IMG/VR virus record: IMGVR_UViG_3300021375_000018
Span: 1 to 64,000 of that record
DNA length: 64,000 nucleotides
Reading direction: 5' to 3' (one strand)
From: a virus
Position numbers and translations under genes: made by a program. This document shows, one piece after another, positions 31,845 through 42,773 of this stretch. Every line of letters starts with the position of its first letter. Position 1 is the stretch's first letter. The notes beneath the pieces are model-generated. The model had not been told where the DNA came from. It saw only the letters and a list, made by a program, of their open reading frames with translations, and did no database searches.

Positions 31845-32651
31845 ATGGCTATAGATTTAAGTGCAATTCGAAAAAAGTTAAACCAATTAAGTGGACAAAA
31901 CAATAAGAAAAATGTATTATGGAGACCTGAAGAAGGTTCTGAAACAACAGTAAGACTTTTAGCATATCCTGATAATGATGGACAACCCTTTAAAGAGATG
32001 ATGTTTTACTACAATATCGGAAATAACCCGGGTTTGCTATCACCATACCAATTTGGAAAAGCTGATCCTATTCAAGAGCTTATTACGAAACTTCGCGATG
32101 AAGGTTCAAAGGAAAGTTATGAATTAGCTAAAAAGCTTTATCCTAAGATGAGATGTTATGCTCCAGTTATTGTTAGAGGTGAAGAAGATAAGGGCGTAAG
32201 ATTATGGGCTTTTGGGAAGCAACTATATCAAACGTTTTTAAACTTTATGCTTGACGAAGACTATGGTGACATTACTGATCCTATGGAAGGAAGAGATATT
32301 CGTGTAGTATGTACAAAAACTCCTGGTCGTATGTGGGCAACAACTGAAGTAAGACCTCGAGGTAAAGATACACCTTTATCTGAAAATCAAGGACAAGTTA
32401 AAAAATGGCTTGACAATATTCCTGATGTCAACGATTTATACACGCTTAAGTCTTACGAAGAATTAGAGAATATCGTAAATGAATGGCTCAATGGTGATGA
32501 AGAAGAAAGTAAAGAATCATCTCGAGGTTGGGGAAATAGTGAAAGTAAGAGTGAAAGCAACAGTAGCAGTAGCAGTGATGATTCACCAGATGCTATTAAT
32601 AGCAAATACAAGTCTCTTGATGATGCATTTGCTGATCTTGACTCGCTATAA
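31845..32651 (+). CDS. Single-stranded DNA-binding protein (gp32-like)
   Basis: VRLL..PF, VIVRGEE.KGV.LW.FGK, DYGDITDP..GRD; acidic C-tail ending DDAFADLDSL. Confidence 0.75.
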   Translation: MAIDLSAIRKKLNQLSGQNNKKNVLWRPEEGSETTVRLLAYPDNDGQPFKEMMFYYNIGNNPGLLSPYQFGKADPIQELITKLRDEGSKESYELAKKLYPKMRCYAPVIVRGEEDKGVRLWAFGKQLYQTFLNFMLDEDYGDITDPMEGRDIRVVCTKTPGRMWATTEVRPRGKDTPLSENQGQVKKWLDNIPDVNDLYTLKSYEELENIVNEWLNGDEEESKESSRGWGNSESKSESNSSSSSDDSPDAINSKYKSLDDAFADLDSL

Positions 32652-32727
32652 TAAAGAATCTTTATAGATTTATTTTTACTGGACAAATCCAGAATTTCTG
32701 TATTCCTAACATAACAAGAAGGATTAA

Positions 32728-33927
32728 ATGTCAAAATCAAAAAAACAAAAAGAAAATCTTGATGATTTTACATCAGATCTAATAAAGTCTCTCAACAAAG
32801 AAAGAGGGACAAGAGTAGCTTATAATTTAAGTTGTGATGAGTCACCAACACATGTTAATAGATGGATAAGTACTGGATCAAAGCAGCTAGATTATATTAT
32901 TTCTAATAGACGCGATGGCGGATTACCAGAAGGCAGGATTGTTGAAATATTCGGTCCGCCTAGTATTGGTAAATCACATATTGCAACTCAAATTGCAAAA
33001 TCAACCCAACAAATGGGAGGTATTGTTGTATACATTGATACAGAAAATGCAACATCAGTACAAAACCTTAGATCGTTAGGCGTTGATATTACAAAAAGAT
33101 TTGTATATGTTGATACACACTGCACGGAAGAAGTACTATCAATTTCAGAAAGCACAATCATAAAAGCTAAAGCAATGGACAAAGATGTTCCTGTAACAAT
33201 TATATGGGATTCTGTAGCAGCAACTTCACCAAAAGCTGAATTAACTGGTGATTATGATAAAGAGTCGATAGGATTGCAAGCAAGAGCAATATCAAAGGGT
33301 ATGCGTAAGATCACAGGTGTAATTGCTAATCAAAAAGTTCTTATGGTTTGTTTGAATCAAATTAGAACAAAAGTTGGTGTATTATACGGTGATCCTACTA
33401 CTACACCTGGAGGAATGGCTATACCATTTCACAGTTCAGTTAGAATTAAACTAGGAGCTGGTTCACAAATTCTAAACAAAGATAAAGAACCTATTGGAAT
33501 AAACGTATCAGCAAAAACAATTAAAAACAAGGTTTCAGCGCCGTTTAGAAAGTGTGATTTTGAAATACACTTTGGTAAAGGAATTGTTGAACATGAGCAA
33601 TTGTTTGATTTATTAAGAAAGAATGGCCCTGAATCTACTAATGGATATCAAATTGAAGTATCAGGAACAGGTGCTTGGAAACATTTAAATGTTTATGATG
33701 AGTCTGGTGAAATGATTGTAGACAAAAAATTCTATAAATCTAATTTTGATGAAATTATAGATCATCCAGAGTTTGGTAAATATATCGATATGCTACTAGA
33801 AAAATCAATGATTAGAAAAAATAGTGATGATGAACCTGATATCGATGCAGAAAGCTATGAAGAAGTTAAAGCAATTCATGATGAAATAATGGATATTCAC
33901 GAAGATGCTTTTAAGGAACTATCATAA
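32728..33927 (+). CDS. recA: RecA/UvsX recombinase
   Basis: GGLPEGRIVEIFGPPSIGKS, YIDTE, WDSVA, NQIR, TTPGG. Confidence 0.95.
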   Translation: MSKSKKQKENLDDFTSDLIKSLNKERGTRVAYNLSCDESPTHVNRWISTGSKQLDYIISNRRDGGLPEGRIVEIFGPPSIGKSHIATQIAKSTQQMGGIVVYIDTENATSVQNLRSLGVDITKRFVYVDTHCTEEVLSISESTIIKAKAMDKDVPVTIIWDSVAATSPKAELTGDYDKESIGLQARAISKGMRKITGVIANQKVLMVCLNQIRTKVGVLYGDPTTTPGGMAIPFHSSVRIKLGAGSQILNKDKEPIGINVSAKTIKNKVSAPFRKCDFEIHFGKGIVEHEQLFDLLRKNGPESTNGYQIEVSGTGAWKHLNVYDESGEMIVDKKFYKSNFDEIIDHPEFGKYIDMLLEKSMIRKNSDDEPDIDAESYEEVKAIHDEIMDIHEDAFKELS

Positions 33928-33939
33928 AAAGGATATAAC

Positions 33940-34899
33940 ATGAGCAAGCCTGAAATTTATATTGATGGCTTGAATGTTTTTATGCGACATTTTGCTGCAA
34001 ATCCTGCAAAGTCTATGAATGGACAATTGTGTGGTGGAATAGTAGGAATGTTAAAAAACATTCAACATCTATCAGAAAGATTTTCACCGCAAAAGATTGT
34101 TATAGTCTGGGAAGGTGGTGGGTCTGTAAGAAGAAAGTCTATCGATACAAACTATAAAAATGGTAGAAGGCCAGTTAGACTAAATAGAAGTGAATTAATT
34201 GGTGATATACCTGATACTGTTGAGAATAGAGACTTTCAGTTAAAAACTCTTATTAAGATACTGTATAAAACTCCACTTACGCAGGTTTACGTGAATGATT
34301 GTGAAGCTGATGACGTTATTTCTTATCTTTGTAAAACAAAAAAAACAAGTAACAAAAAAATAATTGTGACATCAGATAAAGATTATTACCAGTTAATAGA
34401 TGAGAATACAAAAATTTGGTCGCCAAATAAAAAAGTTTTGATTGATTCTCAATACGTAATGGACAAATGGAAAATAAAATCAGAAAATTTTTGCCTTGCA
34501 AGATGCTTTGCTGGAGATCAAAGTGACGGGCTCAAAGGAGTTAAAGGTGCAGGATTTAAAGTTATGGTTAAAAGATTTCCAGAATTAGGTGTGTGTAATA
34601 ATTTGACAATCAATGATATTATTATCAAGTCTAGACAAGAAATTGAAAATGGTAGCAAACTAAAGGTATTTAAAGAAATAATAGAATCAGAGAAAACATT
34701 ACTAAAAAACTGGAAACTTATGTACTTAGACTCTGCAATGGTAAGTGCCGATCAAGTTAAAGCTATTAACTACCAATATGAAAACAAAGAAGAACGAATT
34801 AATAAAATGGAGCTTCTAAAAATAATGAACCAGCAAGGTCTTAATATGTTTGATATCCACACATTCTTTTTAACTTTAAAAGCGAGTACAAGGATTTAA
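33940..34899 (+). CDS. 5'-3' exonuclease / flap endonuclease (T4 RNase H-like)
   Basis: IDGLN, YKNGR, EADDVI, SDKDYYQL, GDQSDGLKGVKGAG. Confidence 0.9.
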   Translation: MSKPEIYIDGLNVFMRHFAANPAKSMNGQLCGGIVGMLKNIQHLSERFSPQKIVIVWEGGGSVRRKSIDTNYKNGRRPVRLNRSELIGDIPDTVENRDFQLKTLIKILYKTPLTQVYVNDCEADDVISYLCKTKKTSNKKIIVTSDKDYYQLIDENTKIWSPNKKVLIDSQYVMDKWKIKSENFCLARCFAGDQSDGLKGVKGAGFKVMVKRFPELGVCNNLTINDIIIKSRQEIENGSKLKVFKEIIESEKTLLKNWKLMYLDSAMVSADQVKAINYQYENKEERINKMELLKIMNQQGLNMFDIHTFFLTLKASTRI

Positions 34900-34905
34900 T
34901 AATAA

Positions 34906-36276
34906 ATGAGTTTAGAAAAAAACTTTTCAAAATTTGGTAAACCTTTTCAAGAAAAAGTATTCCAAAGTATGTTATCTGATCAACCGTGGTCAGCACAAAT
35001 GATAGAAGTTGTAGACCCTGGATATTTTGATTTAAGATACTTAGCTTATCTTTGCCAGAAATATTTTGCGTATTACAATAAGTACAAAACATTTCCAACA
35101 CTTACTATATTAATCACAATAATAAAAGAAGATCTCACTAAGTCTAAAGACATTGTGTTAAGAGATCAAATCATTGAATATCTACATAGAATGAAAACAA
35201 ATCCTGACATGGGAGATTTGCAATATGTAAAAGACAAGTCGTTGGAGTTTTGCAAAAGACAAGCTTTCAAAGAAGCGTTAGAGCAGAGTGTAGAGCTTAT
35301 TCAAACTGAAAAGTATGAATCAGTTATTAACATTATGAAAACAGCAATTTCTGTAGGCATGCCTAATTCAACAGGGCATGACTTCTTTGATGATATAGAA
35401 GCAAGATTTGTTCAAATCAATAGGCAAGTTTGCCCCACAGGCTTAGAAAGAATTGATGCTCAAGATATACTAAGAGGAGGGTTAGGAAGAGGAGAGTTAG
35501 GTGTTATTGCAGCAAATACTGGAGTTGGAAAATCCCACTTTTTAGTAGCTATGGGATGCGCAGCTATGAGAGCAGGAAAAAACGTAGTACATTATACATT
35601 TGAGCTATCAGAGCATGAAACAGGTAAAAGATATGATTCAAATCTATGTAACATAGCAAGTAATGAAGTGATTGAAAGAAAAAAAGAAGTAGTTGATAAG
35701 TATAAAAACATGTCGTTAGGAAGATTGATTATAAAAGAGTATCCTACTGGGTCTGCATCTGTAATGACATTAAGAAATCACATTGAAAAGCTTACGCTGA
35801 AAGGACTAAAACCAAGTTTAGTAACAGTTGACTATGCTGACGTAATGAAGTCTTCCAAGGCATACGATTCATTACGTCATGAACTAAAATTAATATATAC
35901 AGAATTAAGAAATCTTGCTGTTGACTTACAAATACCTATATGGACAGCTTCTCAAGCTAATAAAGACTCTTCTAAAACTGACATTGTAGGTCTTGAAAAT
36001 TTAGGTGAATGTTACGGTAAAGCTCAAGTAGCTGACGTTGTCTTATCAATAAGCAGAAAGCCTATGGAAAAGTCAACAGGCGGTGGCAGAATCTTTGTTG
36101 CTAAGAATAGAGCAGGAAGAGATGGACTACTATTTCCTGTTAATATAGATACAGCAATGTCTAAATTTACTATACTTGATGATTCTGAATTGTCACTAAA
36201 CGAAGCTGTTTCGCAAGATCAGCATAGCATAAAACAAAAGTTAAAAGAAAAATGGAATGAGGTTAATAAAAAATGA
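34906..36276 (+). CDS. dnaB: Replicative DnaB-like helicase
   Basis: GGLGRGEL..ANTGVGKS, VDYAD, WTASQAN, KNRAG. Confidence 0.9.
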   Translation: MSLEKNFSKFGKPFQEKVFQSMLSDQPWSAQMIEVVDPGYFDLRYLAYLCQKYFAYYNKYKTFPTLTILITIIKEDLTKSKDIVLRDQIIEYLHRMKTNPDMGDLQYVKDKSLEFCKRQAFKEALEQSVELIQTEKYESVINIMKTAISVGMPNSTGHDFFDDIEARFVQINRQVCPTGLERIDAQDILRGGLGRGELGVIAANTGVGKSHFLVAMGCAAMRAGKNVVHYTFELSEHETGKRYDSNLCNIASNEVIERKKEVVDKYKNMSLGRLIIKEYPTGSASVMTLRNHIEKLTLKGLKPSLVTVDYADVMKSSKAYDSLRHELKLIYTELRNLAVDLQIPIWTASQANKDSSKTDIVGLENLGECYGKAQVADVVLSISRKPMEKSTGGGRIFVAKNRAGRDGLLFPVNIDTAMSKFTILDDSELSLNEAVSQDQHSIKQKLKEKWNEVNKK

Positions 36277-36761
36277 TAAATATTTTTTGCAATAAAGCGT
36301 TAAAAAAGTTATTAAAAGACAAAGAAATAACACACTATACACCAGCCTATGAAGGTGAAAGTGCAGGAATAGATTTGTATAATTGTGGCGATGATGTTAT
36401 ACTTAAACCAATAGAAACGTTTGATAGTGAAAACACAACTGCTACTACAAGCATTAAAACTGGAGTTCACTTAATAGTGCCTAAAGGTTACGTTGCGCTT
36501 GTTAAAGAAAGAGGCTCTATCGTAAAGAACACACTAAAGTCTAGAGCAGGTGTAATAGACGCTGGATATACAGGCGAAGTTTTTGTTAATCTAGTCAACT
36601 TATCAAATAAAACAAAAAAAATTATGTACGGAGAAAAGCTGCCAGTACAAATAGTTGTTGTAAAATGTGACAATCACTTCAATACAATAGACGAAGAAGA
36701 ATACTTAAAATTATCCGGCAAGTCTTTAAGAAAAAAAGGAAAAGTCGGAAGTTCAGATTAA
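36273..36761 (+). CDS. dut: Trimeric dUTPase
   Basis: SAGIDL, ERGS, GVIDAGYTGE, RKKGKVGSS. Confidence 0.9.
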   Translation: MINIFCNKALKKLLKDKEITHYTPAYEGESAGIDLYNCGDDVILKPIETFDSENTTATTSIKTGVHLIVPKGYVALVKERGSIVKNTLKSRAGVIDAGYTGEVFVNLVNLSNKTKKIMYGEKLPVQIVVVKCDNHFNTIDEEEYLKLSGKSLRKKGKVGSSD

Positions 36762-36773
36762 AAAGAGGTTTAA

Positions 36774-38561
36774 ATGATTAAAAGGTATTTTGGTATTGAT
36801 ATTGATCTTAGCAGAGATAATATCTTAACAGAATTTTCAAAAAAGCTACTTAAAAACTATTACATGAAAGATAGCGAATCATCGCCGCAAGAAAGTTTAG
36901 CACGAGCAGCAATAGCATATTCAGACAATGACATGTCTTTAGCTCAAAGAATATATAACTACTCATCAAAACAGTGGTTCATGTATAGCTCTCCTATTCT
37001 TTCAAACTCGCCTAGCATAGGTGAAGAGTCAAAAGGAATGCCGATAAGTTGTTTTTTGACTTATGTAGATGATACTTTAGAAGGTCTTATCGAACATTCT
37101 GATGAACTAAGATGGATGTCAGTAAAAGGTGGCGGCGTCGGAGGTCATTGGAGTAGTATTAGATCAAATAGTGACATATCTCCTGGACCTATTCCTTTCT
37201 TGAAAACAGTAGACAGCGACATGACAGCTTATAGGCAAGGAAAAACTAGAAAAGGAAGCTATGCAGCGTACATTAATATAGATCACCCAGACATATTAGA
37301 ATTTTTAAACATGCGGGTTCCAACAGGTGGTGATATAAATCGTAAATGCTTTAACATTAATAATGCAATAAACATTACAGATATGTTTATGAATGCTGTA
37401 ATTGAAGATAAAGAGTGGAATCTTATAGACCCTAATGACAATTCTGTAAGAGACACACTAAGTGCTAGATCATTATGGGAAAGGATACTTGAGGTAAGAT
37501 TTCGTACAGGAGAACCGTACCTTTGTTTTATAGATGAAGCGAATAGAAAACTACCAGAGTATCAAAAGAAACTTAATCTTAGAATAAACGGAAGTAATCT
37601 ATGTTCAGAAATTTATTTACCTACTTCTACTGATAGAAGCGCTGTATGTTGTTTAAGTTCGCTTAACTTGGCAAAGTACGAAGAGTGGAAAGATTCTAAT
37701 ATAGTAGAAGATTTAATAACATATCTAGACAATGTTATAACATTTTTTATAACAAATGCTCCCGATTCTTTAAAAAAAGCAAAATATTCAGCATTCCGAG
37801 AAAGAAGTTTAGGATTAGGGACAATGGGATTTCATTCACTCTTGCAGTCTAAAAACGTGCCGTTTGAATCTGTAATTGCAAAGTCAATGAATATAAACAT
37901 ATTCAAAGAAATACAAACTAAAGCTAAACAGAGAACATTTGAACTTGCCAAAGAAAAAGGTTCATGCCCAGATGCAGGAAACTTAATTATTAGAAACTCA
38001 CACTTAATAGCAATAGCTCCAAATGCAAACTCTTCTATTATAGGCTGCACTAGTCCATCTATTGAACCATGGAAAAGTAACGCTTTCACACACAGAACAC
38101 GAGTTGGATCACATTTAGTTAAAAACCCACACTTAGAAAAAGTATTGATGAGCTATTGGTCTAATAATGATTTTGATTCAGACTATGACTTGTGGCTTTC
38201 TAAACAGTGGAAGTCTATAATTCTTGCTGAAGGTTCTGTACAACACTTAGACTACATGTCAGACTGGCATAAAGAAGTTTTTAAAACAGCATTTGAGTTA
38301 GATCAGCGCTGGATTATAGATCATGCAGGTGATCGACAAGAATTTATATGTCAAGGTCAAAGTCTTAATCTATTTTTTCCTGCAGGAACAGAAAAGAGCG
38401 TAGTAAATAAAGTACACATAAGAGCTTGGAAGAGTAAAGTAAAAGGATTATACTACTTAAGAACAAATTCAGGCGCTTCTGCAGAAAAAGTTAGTCAAAA
38501 AGTTGAACAAAATAGGCTAAAAGACTTCGAAGAAGAAGACTGTTTAAGCTGTCAAGGATAG
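36774..38561 (+). CDS. nrdA: Ribonucleotide reductase class I alpha subunit (compact, no obvious ATP cone)
   Basis: SCF, GSNLCSE, CCLSSLNL, APNANSS, GLYYLR, C-terminal CLSCQG. Confidence 0.95.
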   Translation: MIKRYFGIDIDLSRDNILTEFSKKLLKNYYMKDSESSPQESLARAAIAYSDNDMSLAQRIYNYSSKQWFMYSSPILSNSPSIGEESKGMPISCFLTYVDDTLEGLIEHSDELRWMSVKGGGVGGHWSSIRSNSDISPGPIPFLKTVDSDMTAYRQGKTRKGSYAAYINIDHPDILEFLNMRVPTGGDINRKCFNINNAINITDMFMNAVIEDKEWNLIDPNDNSVRDTLSARSLWERILEVRFRTGEPYLCFIDEANRKLPEYQKKLNLRINGSNLCSEIYLPTSTDRSAVCCLSSLNLAKYEEWKDSNIVEDLITYLDNVITFFITNAPDSLKKAKYSAFRERSLGLGTMGFHSLLQSKNVPFESVIAKSMNINIFKEIQTKAKQRTFELAKEKGSCPDAGNLIIRNSHLIAIAPNANSSIIGCTSPSIEPWKSNAFTHRTRVGSHLVKNPHLEKVLMSYWSNNDFDSDYDLWLSKQWKSIILAEGSVQHLDYMSDWHKEVFKTAFELDQRWIIDHAGDRQEFICQGQSLNLFFPAGTEKSVVNKVHIRAWKSKVKGLYYLRTNSGASAEKVSQKVEQNRLKDFEEEDCLSCQG

Positions 38562-38568
38562 AAATATT

Positions 38569-39531
38569 ATGTCATTATTAAAATATAGCACAACTTATAA
38601 GCCCTTTAAATACTCATGGGCAATGGAAATTGCAGAGTCTCACGAAAAAATTCACTGGGGAAGCTGGGAGGCAAAGTTGCAGGAGGATGTTAATCAATGG
38701 AAAGGTGGAAAGATTTCTTCTATAGAAAAAAATCATATTACACAAATTCTAAGATTATTTACGCAGTCTGATGTACAAGTAGGCGGCAATTACTGTGATC
38801 TCTTTATCCCTAAATTTAAAAACAATGAGATAAGGAGCATGCTACTAACTTTTGCAAACCGAGAAGGAACTCATCAACGTAGCTATGCCTTACTTAACGA
38901 TACATTAGGTTTGCCTGAAGCAGAGTATAGCGCATTTTTAGAATATAAGGAAATGAGTGATAAAATTAGTTTTATGCAAAATAATGATGTGTCTACTAGA
39001 AAAGGTTTAGGACTTGCATTAGCACAATCTGCGTGTAATGAAGGAATGAGTTTATTCTCAGCATTTGTTATGCTACTTAATTATCAAAGATACGGTAAAA
39101 TGAAAGGGACATGCGAGATTGTTGAATGGTCAATAAGAGATGAAACAATGCATGTTCAAGGAATGACGCAACTCTTTAGAGAATATATAAGCGAGCATCC
39201 AAGAATCGTAAATGATAAATTTAAAAAAGATATTTATCAAATGTATAGATACGCTGTGAAACTAGAAGATAAAGTCATTGATCTTGCTTACGAAATGGGA
39301 GCTATTGAAGGATTAGATAAAGAAGATGTAAAACAATACATTAGATATCTTGCTGATAGACGTCTTATTCAATTAGGACTAAAACCTAACTTTAAAGTAA
39401 AAGACAATCCGCTAGACTGGGTAGACTGGATTATTAATGGTGACTCTTTTAAAAATTTCTTCGAAGGTACTGTAACTGATTATAATGCTGATGGCATGAG
39501 CGGTGAAGACTGGGGATGGAAAAGTTTATAA
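38569..39531 (+). CDS. nrdB: Ribonucleotide reductase class I beta subunit
   Basis: FTQSD, EGTHQRSY, EGMSLFSAF, RDETMH, NFFE. Confidence 0.95.
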   Translation: MSLLKYSTTYKPFKYSWAMEIAESHEKIHWGSWEAKLQEDVNQWKGGKISSIEKNHITQILRLFTQSDVQVGGNYCDLFIPKFKNNEIRSMLLTFANREGTHQRSYALLNDTLGLPEAEYSAFLEYKEMSDKISFMQNNDVSTRKGLGLALAQSACNEGMSLFSAFVMLLNYQRYGKMKGTCEIVEWSIRDETMHVQGMTQLFREYISEHPRIVNDKFKKDIYQMYRYAVKLEDKVIDLAYEMGAIEGLDKEDVKQYIRYLADRRLIQLGLKPNFKVKDNPLDWVDWIINGDSFKNFFEGTVTDYNADGMSGEDWGWKSL

Positions 39532-39586
39532 ATTTTATTTATAAAATAAATATAAGATTTATATAATACAAAAAAGGACTAAACTT

Positions 39587-39835
39587 ATGAATAAAACAAA
39601 AATTATGTTTTTTAGCGCTAGCACGTGTGGACCATGTTGTTTAGTAAAGTCGCAGATGAGTGATGATATTGTTAAAGAACTAAATATTGAAATTATAGAT
39701 GAAAAAGACAAAAGCACTTTTGCAATGTATCATATTGAAAATGTTCCTGCTTTTATTAAAGTAAGCTTAGATAACAATGAAGAGCTAAACAGACAATTTG
39801 GATACAAAAGTATAAAAGAGTTAAGGAGACTATAG
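39587..39835 (+). CDS. Thioredoxin-like protein
   Basis: FSASTCGPC and VPAF; adjacent to nrdAB. Confidence 0.75.
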   Translation: MNKTKIMFFSASTCGPCCLVKSQMSDDIVKELNIEIIDEKDKSTFAMYHIENVPAFIKVSLDNNEELNRQFGYKSIKELRRL

Positions 39836-39839
39836 AAGA

Positions 39840-40442
39840 ATGCATTATCATACTGATATTTCACCATTTATAAAAGAAGTTGAATTAAGACAACAACCAG
39901 TTATAATTACAGTAAATGAATTTACAGAATCTTCTGTTTTGAAATTCAATGAACAAATGTCTTACGCTCAAAATAGCGGACAAAAAGTAATACCTATTGA
40001 AATTGACTCTTTTGGAGGTCAAGTGTACTCATTAATGGCAATGATATCATCAATAAAGTCTTCTAGAATTCCAATATCAACAATAGTACAAGGAAAGGCT
40101 ATGTCATGCGGAGCAATACTTGCATCTTTCGGTACTAAAGGTCTAAGGTTTATGGATAAAGATGCAACAATGATGATACACGATGTGTCTTCTTTTGCTT
40201 TTGGGAAAATAGAAGAATTAAAATCAGACGTAAGAGAGTCTGAAAGGCTTAATAAGAAAGTATATACAATGATGGCTAGAAACTGTGTTAAATCAGATGA
40301 CTATTTTACTAAGTTAATACATGATAAAGGACACTCAGATTGGTTTCTTGACGCTGAAGAAGCTAAAAAGCATGGATTGATTGATCATATAAGAGTGCCA
40401 GAAATGAAAATAAAGGTAGATGTTAGTATTACTGTAGAATAG
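39840..40442 (+). CDS. clpP: ClpP-like protease
   Basis: IDSFGG, AMSCGA (Ser), MIHD (His), DWFLDAEEA..GLID. Confidence 0.85.
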   Translation: MHYHTDISPFIKEVELRQQPVIITVNEFTESSVLKFNEQMSYAQNSGQKVIPIEIDSFGGQVYSLMAMISSIKSSRIPISTIVQGKAMSCGAILASFGTKGLRFMDKDATMMIHDVSSFAFGKIEELKSDVRESERLNKKVYTMMARNCVKSDDYFTKLIHDKGHSDWFLDAEEAKKHGLIDHIRVPEMKIKVDVSITVE

Positions 40443-40470
40443 TTATCTTAATAAATACAAGGATAAATTT

Positions 40471-41250
40471 ATGGAACAGTTTAAACATATAAATAAAAAT
40501 AAAAGTTATGTAAGAGAGCTACAAGAAGAAGTAGGCGCTGCTGTAGACGGTGTATATGGATCAGGAACACATAACGCAGTTAGAGAATATTATGGAAACG
40601 TAATATTTCATATGGGAAAAGTAGTTCCTATTGATTTCGACGTAGAAGTAGATATGTCTGCACCTTTATATGAACTTGATGATGGTACACAAAACTGGTA
40701 TACTAGAAAGGATGACCCTGATTCTATTTGTGTACACTGGGGCGGTTTAAATTCAAGACATTGCTATAATGTATTTAATATGGCAAGAGGTCGTCATGTA
40801 TCTTCACATTTCTTGTTAGGATACAATCATAAGCAACAAAAGTTAGAAGTACTTCAATGTTTAGATACGGGACTTGTAGCTTATCATGCAGGTAAGTTTA
40901 ATAAATACTCTATTGGTATTGATATTTGCATGCATCCTCAAGCTAAATATTGGGAGAAAACTAAAAAGTGGTATCCTGATGCTTACTTGTCAGAGTATAA
41001 AGGTGAAGACACTAGAGTTCCTCGAGGAGAAATAGCTATGATTGGTGATGATTTCTCTTTATTCTGTGAAGACTTTTTAAGTGCGCTAATGGAAGCTGTT
41101 GATTTACAAGATAAACCTGTATGTAAAGATAATAAAGTATATTCTGTTAAAGCTGCTTCACAGTTTAGTATTGTAGGCCATCATAACATTTCAGCTAAAA
41201 AATGGGATGTTATACCTTGGGCAGAAAAATTATATTATAATATTAATTAA
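40471..41250 (+). CDS. Endolysin: peptidoglycan-binding motif plus N-acetylmuramoyl-L-alanine amidase
   Basis: LQ..VG..VDGVYG; VHW, SSHF, AYHAG..N..SIGIDI, GHH. Confidence 0.75.
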   Translation: MEQFKHINKNKSYVRELQEEVGAAVDGVYGSGTHNAVREYYGNVIFHMGKVVPIDFDVEVDMSAPLYELDDGTQNWYTRKDDPDSICVHWGGLNSRHCYNVFNMARGRHVSSHFLLGYNHKQQKLEVLQCLDTGLVAYHAGKFNKYSIGIDICMHPQAKYWEKTKKWYPDAYLSEYKGEDTRVPRGEIAMIGDDFSLFCEDFLSALMEAVDLQDKPVCKDNKVYSVKAASQFSIVGHHNISAKKWDVIPWAEKLYYNIN

Positions 41251-41251
41251 A

Positions 41252-41737
41252 CTATAAAATAGAATACATCATTACAGTTGGATAGTAAACTTCATTTGAG
41301 TCTGTATCTTTGTGTAAATTTATTTCATATGAATTAGAGCTAGTTCTTCCTCTTAATTTATAAGATCTAGAACCTGTATACTGTGCAAGTATAAATTTAA
41401 TTGAAATTAAATTATTAAGTTTTTGTGAATCTATAGCAGCACCTTCAATACAATAATTATTGCCTAAACCAGACCAGCTAGACCCACCATCAATAGATTC
41501 AAATAATTCAAGAAAATGAGTGCTATTATTATCAGGCCTGTATACATATTGAGCTTTAAATTCATATATTACATGTTTGCAATTTTCAATAGGTGTATAT
41601 GTGATAGATGATCCTGTAATATCTGATACTGTAGAATCAATTTCTTGATTTGTCACAGAGTTATTAAAAATTACATTTTCTTTTCCAATATTATTATTAT
41701 TAATTAAATAGCTCATTAATTCCTCACTGAGTAACAT
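41252..41737 (-). CDS. Beta-rich paralog 3 (tail-fibre/structural-like)
   Basis: GSSITYTP..VIYEF block shared with the two neighbours; likely start at ATG 41716. Confidence 0.5.
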   Translation of the reverse strand: MLLSEELMSYLINNNNIGKENVIFNNSVTNQEIDSTVSDITGSSITYTPIENCKHVIYEFKAQYVYRPDNNSTHFLELFESIDGGSSWSGLGNNYCIEGAAIDSQKLNNLISIKFILAQYTGSRSYKLRGRTSSNSYEINLHKDTDSNEVYYPTVMMYSIL

Positions 41738-42237
41738 GTAACAAAAGGTTTATAGTATCTATCACCAGTTAATCCACTTGAATCATAAAATGTATCTAGT
41801 TTATGTAATAAAGTCGAAGATGATGAAAAAATAACACTTCCTTGCACTTTCAATTTTTTAGAAGTGTTCCCCCAACTATTCAGGCATAATCTTAAGTTTG
41901 TTAAACTTCTTATTTGAACTTCTGCCTTTGTTGAACCAAATATAGTATTAGTATTATTACCCCAATCAGACCAGCTTGATCCATCATCATCGCTATAAAC
42001 TAATTTACATCTTATGTTGATTGCTCCAGCATCACCCTTTGTCCTCATAAACCAGTATTCATATATAATATAATCTGAATTAACTGCAGGTGTATAAGAT
42101 ATCTCAGAACCTGCAAGATCTGTCCATAATGAATTATCTACAGAATATGTATCTATTATCTGTGAAGTTTCAGAAGATTCAATGATCTTGTAGTTTAATA
42201 AATAATTATTGTTTTTTTCTTCAAATAAATGTGACAT
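41716..42237 (-). CDS. Beta-rich paralog 2
   Basis: GSEISYTP..YIIYEY block. Confidence 0.5.
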   Translation of the reverse strand: MSHLFEEKNNNYLLNYKIIESSETSQIIDTYSVDNSLWTDLAGSEISYTPAVNSDYIIYEYWFMRTKGDAGAINIRCKLVYSDDDGSSWSDWGNNTNTIFGSTKAEVQIRSLTNLRLCLNSWGNTSKKLKVQGSVIFSSSSTLLHKLDTFYDSSGLTGDRYYKPFVTCYSVRN

Positions 42238-42246
42238 GTTTTTATC

Positions 42247-42753
42247 CTACTTCGAGTATATTATTACAAAGCTATTAAAAAGATCTATATTTGGGGTTGA
42301 GTCCCAACCTAGACCACTTCTTATTCCGTTAAAGTTAGATTTATGAGAGTCATCTGAGTGTTTTGCTTGCGTTACTAGTACTTTTTCTCCACTCCACGAA
42401 GGTATTGTATAAGATAAAGTTATCTGCTCTGTCAACCGTGTATAGGAAGTCCAACCTTCACTTCCCCACTGATTAATATAACCAACGTTATCTGTAGTTA
42501 TATCTTCTAAGTTGCTTATGTCGCTGCCATATTGAAGTTGAAACGTTATATTATGAAAATTATTCGAGTTATAGCTTCCAACTGTTGTAAATTCATAAAT
42601 AACATAATCTGATCCGCTTTCTGGCGTATAAGAAATTTGTGATCCTGTGACATTTTGCCATGAGCCTGTTGTTAATCCAATTTGTGTTATAGTAGTCTTA
42701 GCTACTTTTATGTTTTTTTTAAACTCATCTTTGTTTTTTAGTAAGTGTGTCAT
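42247..42753 (-). CDS. Beta-rich paralog 1
   Basis: GSQISYTP..YVIYEF block. Confidence 0.5.
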   Translation of the reverse strand: MTHLLKNKDEFKKNIKVAKTTITQIGLTTGSWQNVTGSQISYTPESGSDYVIYEFTTVGSYNSNNFHNITFQLQYGSDISNLEDITTDNVGYINQWGSEGWTSYTRLTEQITLSYTIPSWSGEKVLVTQAKHSDDSHKSNFNGIRSGLGWDSTPNIDLFNSFVIIYSK

Positions 42754-42773
42754 TTATAAACTTTCAAATTTTC

